A stretch of 64,000 nt of DNA from an uncultured virus (IMG/VR IMGVR_UViG_3300042270_000151). Taxonomy: Duplodnaviria > Heunggongvirae > Uroviricota > Caudoviricetes. The stretch covers positions 1 to 64,000 of the IMG/VR virus record IMGVR_UViG_3300042270_000151; one strand, written 5' to 3'. This document shows positions 1 to 10,106 of the stretch, piece by piece (position 1 is the stretch's first letter; the number at the start of each line of letters is the position of its first letter). The notes under the pieces were generated by a model. The model worked only from the letters and a program-made list of their open reading frames with translations, did no database searches and was not told the DNA's origin. A program made the translations under genes and the position numbers.

Positions 1-10
1 GCGATCTAAG

Positions 11-307
11 ATGACGTTTGCCGTGTATAAGCCAAGGTTTACTGGACGGGAACGCATTATACTGCCGAAGGCATTCACCGAACAAAGAGCCATTCATGAC
101 GCGCATATTACTGAAGAACATGGGATCATAGATCCAACATATATGGAATATCTGGGCCGTGTAGAAATTGAAGTGCCAAAGTCTAGCGACAAGCTGTACT
201 ATTACGCCTTTGACGACCGTTCTGGTAAGGAGCCCTACGGGTGGCTACCGTGGCCGGTAAACGTTATAAAAGACCTACCTTCCATGGAATCATGGTATGA
301 ATGGTAA
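11..307 (+). CDS. hypothetical protein
   Basis: 98-aa ORF collinear with downstream genes; no motif recognised. Confidence 0.55.
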   Translation: MTFAVYKPRFTGRERIILPKAFTEQRAIHDAHITEEHGIIDPTYMEYLGRVEIEVPKSSDKLYYYAFDDRSGKEPYGWLPWPVNVIKDLPSMESWYEW

Positions 308-352
308 TATCTGCAAGAGCAAACCTTTCTAATTACAAAGGAACCTAAAACA

Positions 353-1297
353 ATGTTGAAGAACATTCTCACACAGTACACAAACAGGGGTATGGAAATA
401 GATTTAGATAAGGGGCCGCTGGAGGCGTACATGGAGGAGATAGAAAGTGTCTCCATGGAAGGTCTTCTGGAAAAGGTTAAAGACCTCTTTGATACCAGTC
501 CTAATGGTAAAGAGTTAGAGGAAGTTATCACTAAGCGCAATTATCGCAAGCTCGCTTCCATGGTAAAGGATACCTTAGGTAACGAGCGCTGGGTACGTAA
601 GCGTTTTCGGGAAAACATGGCCGAGACGGTGGCGCCAGTTAATCAGGCCTTGTTCCAGATTAATGGGAAGGTTGTTACACCCGCCACAGCCATTGACTAT
701 TTCGAGACAGTATATGTACCGTATATGTCTACCTTGCGCGGGTATGCCGAAGATATAGACGCGGCGATCAGTGAGATCATTAGTTGGGTGGAGAATATCG
801 TAACCAATACTGAAGATGAAGATAAGGTAGATGCTGCGGTAAAGAGAGCCATTGCAGATTACCAAAAACTAAAGCGGCCCATCGAGCGTGCTAAGTTACC
901 TTCCCCAGCTATGCCGGGCAACCATGTCCTTATTAAGGATGGGCGAATGCCCAAGGTCATTGTAAAACCGAAATTGGATCAACTGGCGTCGGTCCCGTCA
1001 GCCACTGTCGACGACATTGTAAAGGTGGGTAAATGGATTGCAGATACCATTACAAATGTGGACATGGAGAGTTTTGTCACCGTTATGGGTGGTGATCACA
1101 GTGATGGCTCCGAGTTCAATGAGCGGTTCCAAGAAAACTTTGAACATGCGTACGATAAGTTCTATGATGTGTTCTACCACCAAGCGCTGGACCAAGACCT
1201 TAATGGGTTTGTGGGTGGCCTATGGGACTGGTACGACCACGCCGACTACTGTATCTTCGCTATCAGATGGTGCATGCAGTCGTTAAAGGCAGATTAA
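353..1297 (+). CDS. putative virion internal head protein
   Basis: AAGGA RBS; acidic N-terminal propeptide ending in SMEG, matching the S/A/G-X-E prohead protease site of phiKZ-like head proteins. Confidence 0.65.
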   Translation: MLKNILTQYTNRGMEIDLDKGPLEAYMEEIESVSMEGLLEKVKDLFDTSPNGKELEEVITKRNYRKLASMVKDTLGNERWVRKRFRENMAETVAPVNQALFQINGKVVTPATAIDYFETVYVPYMSTLRGYAEDIDAAISEIISWVENIVTNTEDEDKVDAAVKRAIADYQKLKRPIERAKLPSPAMPGNHVLIKDGRMPKVIVKPKLDQLASVPSATVDDIVKVGKWIADTITNVDMESFVTVMGGDHSDGSEFNERFQENFEHAYDKFYDVFYHQALDQDLNGFVGGLWDWYDHADYCIFAIRWCMQSLKAD

Positions 1298-1362
1298 CTC
1301 CCCCGTTAAAGTTAAACCTTAGCTAAGGAACTTACGGTCCCACTACAAAGGAACTTAAAACA

Positions 1363-2691
1363 ATGTTGAAAAATATACTTGCACAAGCGATTGCACAGGA
1401 AAGCCTTACCGATGACGTGGAGGTTTATAGCTTCATGGATGAAGAGGATTATGACCTCTCCAGTGAAGTCATCGCGTTGGAAGAAACCGCCGATGCCTTG
1501 GACCGCATGGGGTTTGCCCTTGAAGGGTTGTCGGATCTCTACCTTAAGATGGATGCGCGTCTTAAGGATACTGAGACTCCGGTTTCTATGGAAATGGGTC
1601 AGATGTACTATGACCAGGCCACTACTCTCCTCGCTTTCTGTGACGAGGAATGGCCAATCGCTACGCCTGCCTTCGAGTCTAATGATAGTCTCTCAGCTGA
1701 CTTGCATATCGCAATGGAGGGTGTCGGCGACGCAGTTCAGCGCGTGATCAAGAAATTCGGTGCTTTCTATGAAGGGTATATAGACGCCCTAAATAAGTTT
1801 GGGGACGTCTTCTTCGCACGCCTTAATGGTATTCAGAAACGCGTCGATGCACAGCGCGCGGATTTGAGTCGCATTGGCAATACGCCTAAGAATGATACCC
1901 TCAAAATCAAGAATGGTAAACACCTCTATATCCCGGGTAAGAAGCAGGCTATCCCCACTGCTAAGGATGTGGCTGATTTCACAAAGGGTATCCTGCAGTG
2001 GAGCGATATGTCCGCCCTACGGAATGCGATGGACGTAGCTATGGAGGCGTCTAAGGATGAAGGCAATACCAACAGTCGCAATAACCGCATGGAGGCAGCA
2101 CAGAAAGCGATACTGTCTCACTATAACCTAGCGGTTACCACAGAGCCTAAAGGTATCTTCGGAGCCATGTCCAGCGCACTGTTCAATAAAGAGTTCATGG
2201 CCTCCAAGCAGGCTTTGATGGGCGGCATCCGCATCGTGGCCTCAATCGGTAAGCCCAAGGGTGACTCTACTGAGTATGGTCGTCTTTACCTATCCGATAT
2301 GAAGGCGGACTACCGTGCAAACAAACAAGCGACGAATAGCTTTGTGGCAAGTGCGCCCTCTAAAAAGGATCTGGAGGACCTTAACCGTGCTACAGGAGAT
2401 CTCATTAAAGGGATGATTAACCTGAAGCAGGAGCATAAGGCAAACATTGCAGCGATGGACAAACATAAGGCATCCTTGGATGGCTTACGTAAACTCCCCC
2501 CTCGTCAATTGGCACTGCTGTTAGCGGGTAGTTTTGTACCGAATATGGGTGCTGCAGCTTTTACATATATGCTAATGCGTCGTTGGAGCAATACCTTGAG
2601 CATAACCTCTCGTGAACTCTATCGTCATGGTGGATCAGTAGCCTCTGCATTGGTAGGGGCTAGTGGTAAAGGGATAAGTAATCTTAAGTGA
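1363..2691 (+). CDS. putative virion internal head protein (phiKZ-like paralog family)
   Basis: Acidic N-terminus with several S/A/G-X-E sites (AQES, ALEE, ALEG, AFES, AMEG) followed by a basic body. Confidence 0.7.
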   Translation: MLKNILAQAIAQESLTDDVEVYSFMDEEDYDLSSEVIALEETADALDRMGFALEGLSDLYLKMDARLKDTETPVSMEMGQMYYDQATTLLAFCDEEWPIATPAFESNDSLSADLHIAMEGVGDAVQRVIKKFGAFYEGYIDALNKFGDVFFARLNGIQKRVDAQRADLSRIGNTPKNDTLKIKNGKHLYIPGKKQAIPTAKDVADFTKGILQWSDMSALRNAMDVAMEASKDEGNTNSRNNRMEAAQKAILSHYNLAVTTEPKGIFGAMSSALFNKEFMASKQALMGGIRIVASIGKPKGDSTEYGRLYLSDMKADYRANKQATNSFVASAPSKKDLEDLNRATGDLIKGMINLKQEHKANIAAMDKHKASLDGLRKLPPRQLALLLAGSFVPNMGAAAFTYMLMRRWSNTLSITSRELYRHGGSVASALVGASGKGISNLK

Positions 2692-2703
2692 TAAACTATT
2701 TAC

Positions 2704-2733
2704 TATACTCCTCCCTCTAAGGGGAGGAGTATA
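2704..2733 (+). terminator. intrinsic terminator-like hairpin
   Basis: TATACTCCTCCC/GGGAGGAGTATA 12-bp stem just after the stop codon, followed by T-rich sequence. Confidence 0.75.
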
Positions 2734-2782
2734 TGTATTTATTTATTTTAACAGTAGTCTGTGATGATGTACTAAAAAGAGC

Positions 2783-2998
2783 CCCTTCCCAGCTACGGCT
2801 GTGGAGTGACTAGACTGAGTGAAACGAAGGATAGGAACGGAACAGGTAAGTAGATGAGGGAGGGACATTATTTACCTCAGTATAGGGTACTACCCATACT
2901 CTCTACTACTACTGTACTAATAGGTATACTGGTATAACCCTATATCCCCATTAGAGGGATATAGGGGAGTATGACTGTTAGTAGGATAGAGGGTAGTA
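2783..2998 (+). other. structured non-coding region (GA-mismatch hairpin plus long imperfect inverted repeat); candidate replication origin or ncRNA
   Basis: About 400-bp ORF-free gap with two large fold-backs (2783-2864 and 2888-2998). Confidence 0.5.
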
Positions 2999-3028
2999 TA
3001 GACTATGGAGTCGTAGTATCTACAAACC

Positions 3029-3036
3029 TATATTAC
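3029..3036 (+). promoter_or_regulatory. phiKZ-type early promoter TATATTAC
   Basis: AAACCTATATTAC upstream of the ligase; CCTATATTAC recurs five times in intergenic positions. Confidence 0.7.
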
Positions 3037-3052
3037 TGTTAGGATGACATAG

Positions 3053-4879
<1,827 letters not shown>

Positions 4880-4942
4880 CAGCGTGCCTACGGAATAAAG
4901 ACCAGGGTGACATTGCGAAGCTGGAGGCCTGGCTCCAGCACT

Positions 4943-4969
4943 AAAAGAGGATACTCCTCTTTTTTTTTC
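4943..4969 (+). terminator. intrinsic terminator
   Basis: AAAAGAGG-ATACT-CCTCTTTT followed by a T run. Confidence 0.75.
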
Positions 4970-5001
4970 TTTAGATTAACTATTCTAGATTAACGAAAAC
5001 C

Positions 5002-5009
5002 TATATTAC
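5002..5009 (+). promoter_or_regulatory. phiKZ-type early promoter TATATTAC
   Basis: AAAACCTATATTAC between a terminator and the AAGGAG RBS of ORF 5045. Confidence 0.75.
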
Positions 5010-5044
5010 CTTAGGGACTATACCTAACTCTAAGGAGAGTAAAC

Positions 5045-5431
5045 ATGTCCGAGTATTCAGATTTGAACAGTCGTTTTCATATAGAGGTAGTACATCCCGT
5101 AGATCGGGGCGGTAACAAGGATTGGTTTTGTGACCACATTAGTAAGGAAGCTCTTATTGAGCTGTCCAAAGAAAACCCTGGATTTACGGTGTCCGTGAGC
5201 CGCTGGGCCCGCTACCGTATGGTAGTGAAAGATGGGGAGGTTGTTAAAGATAACCCTAATCTGGAGGACTTCTATCTGCCACAGAGTACCGGGGACTGGC
5301 GGCAGATGTGTGAGGAGTGGGCTGCTATGTGCAGGGATACAGGCGGGCACTTCAAGGGGTCCAAGGCGATGGGGGACATAGTCGATTACGTCGTCCATAC
5401 TGCCAAAGGTAGTGAAAAGGGAGAACAGTAA
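5045..5431 (+). CDS. hypothetical early protein
   Basis: Strong RBS; TAATG stop/start overlap with the next ORF. Confidence 0.7.
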   Translation: MSEYSDLNSRFHIEVVHPVDRGGNKDWFCDHISKEALIELSKENPGFTVSVSRWARYRMVVKDGEVVKDNPNLEDFYLPQSTGDWRQMCEEWAAMCRDTGGHFKGSKAMGDIVDYVVHTAKGSEKGEQ

Positions 5432-5970
5432 TGGGTACTTACGAGATTGTGCCACGCGAGGCACTGCCGGAAGAATACCAGGAGATGATGGCGACGGAGG
5501 CCCATCACAACCACCCCATCATCCGAGACCCGCAGGGCACCCTGCGGTGGATGCCTGATCCGGAGGTAGAGGCCGCCCTGTTACCTCTGTCATTAAACGA
5601 CCTTGTTCCTCTGCTGCATGCGTTGGGGCACGGTAAGAACAGTGAAGTGTACCGACACCTGTATCGCTGCATGGGCTATTCACTCTTTGGGTATTGGGAA
5701 GTCTTCTATTGGGAGGTCAACAATCCAGCGGTTGTTGCCTATAAACCGCCAGTATCAGGCTATCTCGTGCTGAACACCCCGACCACACCGAACGATCCGG
5801 TGGAGGGCTTCTTTACTCAATCCGTGCAGCTGGCATATGAGGTTCGTAAGGGCAGTGGTACAAACTGTTTTTACAGTGACGGTACCCACTCACCCACCGC
5901 CCAGAGCTTCTGTGAACATCATAGTCACACAGAGAGCTGCTACACTGTCGACATCACCGTTAACCCTTAA
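5431..5970 (+). CDS. hypothetical protein
   Basis: Translationally coupled 179-aa ORF. Confidence 0.7.
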   Translation: MGTYEIVPREALPEEYQEMMATEAHHNHPIIRDPQGTLRWMPDPEVEAALLPLSLNDLVPLLHALGHGKNSEVYRHLYRCMGYSLFGYWEVFYWEVNNPAVVAYKPPVSGYLVLNTPTTPNDPVEGFFTQSVQLAYEVRKGSGTNCFYSDGTHSPTAQSFCEHHSHTESCYTVDITVNP

Positions 5971-5994
5971 CCGAAAGACACGTAGAGGTACGAT

Positions 5995-6267
5995 ATGCGC
6001 TTTACATTGAATCGACCCATTGAAACCAAGTGCATCAGTAGACACGATACGCCCGCCGGTACACCACCCGCCTCCGTTGCGGTGGGGGACGTCTGTCGTG
6101 TTACCGCCATAGAAATGGGCAATAGTTCCACCAACCTAACGCTGGAGGGGTATGAGGGACACTATAACAGCGTCCACTTTGATTTGGACCTGGAGCCGCT
6201 GATTACGCTCTATCAGCATATTTATTTTCTGCCGGGTAAAGGAATCTATCTCAAATCGATAGATTGA
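5995..6267 (+). CDS. hypothetical protein
   Basis: GAGG RBS; 90-aa ORF in operon. Confidence 0.65.
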   Translation: MRFTLNRPIETKCISRHDTPAGTPPASVAVGDVCRVTAIEMGNSSTNLTLEGYEGHYNSVHFDLDLEPLITLYQHIYFLPGKGIYLKSID

Positions 6268-6312
6268 TTAAAGATTGCGCAAGAATTTAGAGCGGTGTCA
6301 CTTATACAGTAG

Positions 6313-6523
6313 GATGGGCGTGATGTCTTATCTCATTCAACTTTTATCCACTTTCACCTATGTCTTTATACGTGGGTTTCAAAGCCAGAATGTAGTGGGC
6401 GGCAAATACAAAGCCGCCTTTTACTTTTCCTTCATTATGGTAATCGCTGAGGTGACGATGATTACGATGGTAGTGAAGGTAGGTTGGTGGTCAATTATAC
6501 CGATGGGTAAACGAAGGACTTAA
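6313..6523 (+). CDS. small membrane protein, possibly truncated
   Basis: Two to three hydrophobic segments; start codon uncertain. Confidence 0.5.
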
Positions 6524-6525
6524 CT

Positions 6526-7734
6526 ATGACTAGTAGCAATGCAATTGAGGTTGGCGCAGTGCTGGATAACGGAGATACTGTTTTCCATATCACGGATACG
6601 GAGTATTGGGCCGTAGCCCCTCAGTCACTGTGGAGAGAGTGTGATTGGCATGAGGGTGTGGCATACTGTCATGGGCTTGGGTATGAATTGCCCGATAGGA
6701 TGATCTTAGATGCACTTTACGACGCCCGAACTGTAGCATCTGTGCAGTCTATTGAATACGCCTGGTCCTCTACCGAGAACAATTCCTACAACGCCTGGGG
6801 CCTGTGCTTTGGCGATGGGAATTGGTACAACTACTCCAAGAGCTACAGTCGCTGGGTAGTGCCTTTCCGGAGAGGAGAAAAGACGGTGCAGCGTGAACAG
6901 GTCAAGGAACTTGTCCTGGCCAATGGCTTCAAACTGAAAACCCAGCCGCATGGATCCGAAGACCTAAACCCGTATGTGTATGAGTTTGCAGAGGCACTCA
7001 TGGCACCGCTGCAGGCTGAGGTGGAGCGATTGCGTGAAGTTGTAGCTTCAGATACGCACCTTGTATCAATTAAGCGCCTTTTTGAAGCAGAACAAGAGCG
7101 GGATCAGTTGAAGGCTGCGCTTCAGCGTTTCATGGAGCTGGATCCGCATGATCGCGACTTGCCGGATGAGCTGCGGTCAGTGCAGCATGACACACCGCAT
7201 ACAGAGGTTGTTAAGGGAATTTACTCGGTGGTAAACCTTAAAGTAGCCATCGGTCTATTGGACCACATCCACTGTAATTTGGATAGTCACACGGTGGATA
7301 AAGGCTATCCAGTAGAGCGCACCCCTGTATTGGTTGGTGGTAAAGAATCGCCCTTGGAGGACCTACCCTACCCTGTGCTTCTGATGGGAGTTCGGGACCG
7401 TAAGACCGCTAAGGTGGTTCTGTACGCAGCACCGCTACAGGCGTCTGTTTCCGAAGTGCCTCTGCGTAAGGTCGTATGTGCTGCCTGTAGAAACGGTGAC
7501 TATATGTTGGTCGGCCCACGTCACTTCTGTCCCACTATGCACGTTCAAGCAGAGGCCTACCTTAAATTAGGTTACGTGGATGATCGTAAGTGGGAACAAG
7601 GCTTCATTGATCAATGGGAAACGTACATGGATCGCCATGAGGCGTTGCTGGTGGCGCTAGCTGCTGGTCAGCCCGTTGACTTTAAACGCAATGGTGGGTC
7701 GGGCAATGAACTCTATAGTGAGGGACTTTACTAA
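6526..7734 (+). CDS. mosaic protein with an N-terminal DUF1566/C-type-lectin-like domain
   Basis: W.E...YC..LG..LP....L and WSSTE....AW...F..G.......K......V.PFRR motifs, followed by unrelated phage-type domains. Confidence 0.7.
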   Translation: MTSSNAIEVGAVLDNGDTVFHITDTEYWAVAPQSLWRECDWHEGVAYCHGLGYELPDRMILDALYDARTVASVQSIEYAWSSTENNSYNAWGLCFGDGNWYNYSKSYSRWVVPFRRGEKTVQREQVKELVLANGFKLKTQPHGSEDLNPYVYEFAEALMAPLQAEVERLREVVASDTHLVSIKRLFEAEQERDQLKAALQRFMELDPHDRDLPDELRSVQHDTPHTEVVKGIYSVVNLKVAIGLLDHIHCNLDSHTVDKGYPVERTPVLVGGKESPLEDLPYPVLLMGVRDRKTAKVVLYAAPLQASVSEVPLRKVVCAACRNGDYMLVGPRHFCPTMHVQAEAYLKLGYVDDRKWEQGFIDQWETYMDRHEALLVALAAGQPVDFKRNGGSGNELYSEGLY

Positions 7735-7853
7735 CCACGACTAAGGTGGGGTTATTTTGAGTATTAATTAATTTTAACACTGTGTTTAGATTAAATGAGC
7801 CACCTTCTAAGAGGACAATGCGATTGTTTAATCGCAGTACCGATAAAGGCTCA

Positions 7854-7889
7854 CCCTCCCTACCCTAGCCTAGGCTAGGGTAGGGAGGG
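7854..7889. repeat. perfect 36-bp palindrome
   Basis: CCCTCCCTACCCTAGCCTAGGCTAGGGTAGGGAGGG equals its own reverse complement. Confidence 0.95.
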
Positions 7890-7916
7890 CTATCCATTTT
7901 GAATGAGGATACCACT

Positions 7917-8165
7917 ATGAAACTTTTACCCCCCGTCACAATGATTGCTGGTAAGGATAGTCATGATATCCAGGCCGGAGACGCGATAACAGTCACCGAT
8001 ATCTGGTGGAGTGATCTTGGCTATGCAGTTGTAAAGGTAGATCGGTCTACCTCTCCTGATAACCCAGAGGGCATCCATCGGGCGGATGCATTTCCTATTC
8101 ATCCGGACTTTATAGAGGGTGCTCGTGCTGAGTGGTACGATACCCTTAACCCCACTAACGAATAG
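7917..8165 (+). CDS. hypothetical protein
   Basis: GAGGA RBS favours the ATG at 7917. Confidence 0.6.
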   Translation: MKLLPPVTMIAGKDSHDIQAGDAITVTDIWWSDLGYAVVKVDRSTSPDNPEGIHRADAFPIHPDFIEGARAEWYDTLNPTNE

Positions 8166-8171
8166 AGGGTC

Positions 8172-8543
8172 GTGAGTATGAGTAGTAAGCGTGACTTGCC
8201 GCCGCTCGATGAGTTGCTAGTCTTTCTAGACGGTGCCCTGGGAATTTACCAGAGAACCGCAATATCTCAGGCACTCGCACGGCAACAAACCTTTCTAAGT
8301 GTCCCAGCGCCTCCAGTATCACCCACCACCTTCTTATCCAAAGAAGACCTTAAGTTTATGCTGAAGCGCACAACGTTAAAGGGAGGGTTAATTGAAAATT
8401 TAAGCGAGGCCCTTTATCCTTTAGGCGTAACCGTAAGTCCCTTGAAAGGTGGGTACGTATTTGTAAAACCATATGGATTAAGACCAGAACCTTATCGAAT
8501 CTGGTACAATGGAGTACAGTATGTTGCAGAGCCAGCAGTTTAA
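8172..8543 (+). CDS. hypothetical protein
   Basis: 123-aa ORF in operon. Confidence 0.6.
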   Translation: MSMSSKRDLPPLDELLVFLDGALGIYQRTAISQALARQQTFLSVPAPPVSPTTFLSKEDLKFMLKRTTLKGGLIENLSEALYPLGVTVSPLKGGYVFVKPYGLRPEPYRIWYNGVQYVAEPAV

Positions 8544-9006
8544 ACAAGAACTTTACAGTGTCGGTCGTCGCGTACATGACGTGGTGCGTGAACGTAACCG
8601 TTTGGTGGAGGCGGCACTGGCACATAATGTCAGTGTGGAAGACATCGCCGATGCTCTGAAGTGTGATGTGCAGGCGGTAAAGGATATTGTAGGGTCAACT
8701 GATAATGTTACGGTTGAGACGACCTCTTTAGATAAACACCCCGACGCCCTTATTGTGGCGGTCGTACACGCGCTGAGTAAGGAGTACAGCATCTCTCAGA
8801 TAGACCTGGCTGGTATTCTGGACGTATCGCCCTTTACGGTCTCTAAGGTTCTTAAAGGGAACGATGTGCATCGTAACCTGAAACTTGGATTTGATCAAGC
8901 CGTTTCGCGTGGCGATATCGTGGTAGATAAGGACCTGGGTCAAGTAACCGGTACCGTAGTTACGAAGCGTGGACGGATAAAGTTCGATATTGCTTTATCC
9001 GTATAA
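8521..9006 (+). CDS. putative tandem helix-turn-helix DNA-binding protein
   Basis: SVEDIADALKCDVQAVKDIV and SQIDLAGILDVSPFTVSKVLKG resemble HTH motifs; GGAG RBS before 8521. Confidence 0.6.
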   Translation: MLQSQQFKQELYSVGRRVHDVVRERNRLVEAALAHNVSVEDIADALKCDVQAVKDIVGSTDNVTVETTSLDKHPDALIVAVVHALSKEYSISQIDLAGILDVSPFTVSKVLKGNDVHRNLKLGFDQAVSRGDIVVDKDLGQVTGTVVTKRGRIKFDIALSV

Positions 9007-9009
9007 GGA

Positions 9010-9045
9010 AGGGGCCATAGGGCCCCTAGCCATTTATTTTTTTCT
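9010..9045 (+). terminator. intrinsic terminator
   Basis: GGGGCC-ATAG-GGCCCC hairpin followed by a T-rich tract. Confidence 0.65.
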
Positions 9046-9088
9046 TTATAGGGTAGGAGACTATCCCATAGAGTGAGGAGAATATCTG

Positions 9089-9253
9089 ATGGATGTAAAC
9101 GAGCACACAGAGTGGCCCTTTACGAAAGACAAGGTGGGGTATTTAGCTGCCACCCAGTATCTTACTGAGGCAGGCGCAGTCTTGCCTGCCGGTACCTTAT
9201 TTGACGTTATCGAATACGCAAATGACCACTTTAATAAACATAAGGGTAAATAA
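9089..9253 (+). CDS. small hypothetical protein (54 aa, not in ORF track)
   Basis: GAGGAG RBS; MDVNEHTEWPF...KHKGK; TAATG overlap with the next ORF. Confidence 0.55.
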   Translation: MDVNEHTEWPFTKDKVGYLAATQYLTEAGAVLPAGTLFDVIEYANDHFNKHKGK

Positions 9254-9459
9254 TGCAACAGTATCCAGATCTACCCGCCGACGTTATCGAAAATGGCACC
9301 GATAAGGGTGACCGTACAGGCACAGGTACCCGCTCCGTTTACGGATACAAATGTACAATAGATGGCGGTAAAACCTGGGCATATAGCCTAACCAAGAAAT
9401 GTCGATATTGCCTACCTGTCTACAATGAGCAGGAAGTACTCGACGGACAGCCAGTTTAA
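9253..9459 (+). pseudogene. thymidylate synthase N-terminal fragment fused to unrelated sequence
   Basis: [31 protein letters not shown] matches the first 31 aa of ThyA at 10107. Confidence 0.75.
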
Positions 9460-9480
9460 AACAATGAAAAGGAAGCAGCT

Positions 9481-9963
9481 ATGTACGAAGCCACCAAAGA
9501 GATGCTGAATCAAACGCTGGCGCACGCTGAACAGCACGCCCTAAAGTTGATAGGTACCGATCGCGAACTCGATCTTCGCCACGCCATGGGCGACCCCGGT
9601 CGGTTCTTTCAAGAGCTCCGCACCTACGGCAGCCGTTTGCCCCGTCAGTCCGGTAAGTCCACGTGGGCCATGGACGTCATCGGTCGCCGCAGCGACGTGG
9701 CCTTGATTTGTCGAGATGCCACCCAGGTTCAAACCCTTCTGAGCCGAGTTGACGCATTGGACGAGGGCCACCTAATCTTTACTTGGCGACAGATCGGCAA
9801 ACTATATCGGAACGACTTGGACGAACTTCATCGTCTGTTCGATGGCGTGAGTGTGGTGATTTTTGACGACGCTGAGTATCTTCCATCCGCACATGCCCTA
9901 GTAAGGAAGTCTTTCACCCGTTGGTTGGGAGAACACAGCCCTGCCATTGCCTTTGAGCTGTGA
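9481..9963 (+). CDS. small P-loop NTPase-like protein
   Basis: LPRQSGKST Walker A-like and VVIFDD Walker B-like motifs. Confidence 0.55.
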   Translation: MYEATKEMLNQTLAHAEQHALKLIGTDRELDLRHAMGDPGRFFQELRTYGSRLPRQSGKSTWAMDVIGRRSDVALICRDATQVQTLLSRVDALDEGHLIFTWRQIGKLYRNDLDELHRLFDGVSVVIFDDAEYLPSAHALVRKSFTRWLGEHSPAIAFEL

Positions 9964-10106
9964 GGGGTTGCCATGAGTGACACTGAGGCAATGGAAATAA
10001 TAACTGTTGGGGACCTGCAACGGACCCTCGATGAATTGGACCCGACCCACGCGTTAACACCTTGCCATCCGTAATCGTAATTCAGTAAAGCTATTGAGGG
10101 CTACAC

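Noticed and set aside
2815..2830. CTGAGTGAAAC as a possible hammerhead ribozyme core
   Set aside because: It is not CTGANGA and there is no stem II before GAAA; the GA-mismatch hairpin explains the sequence better.
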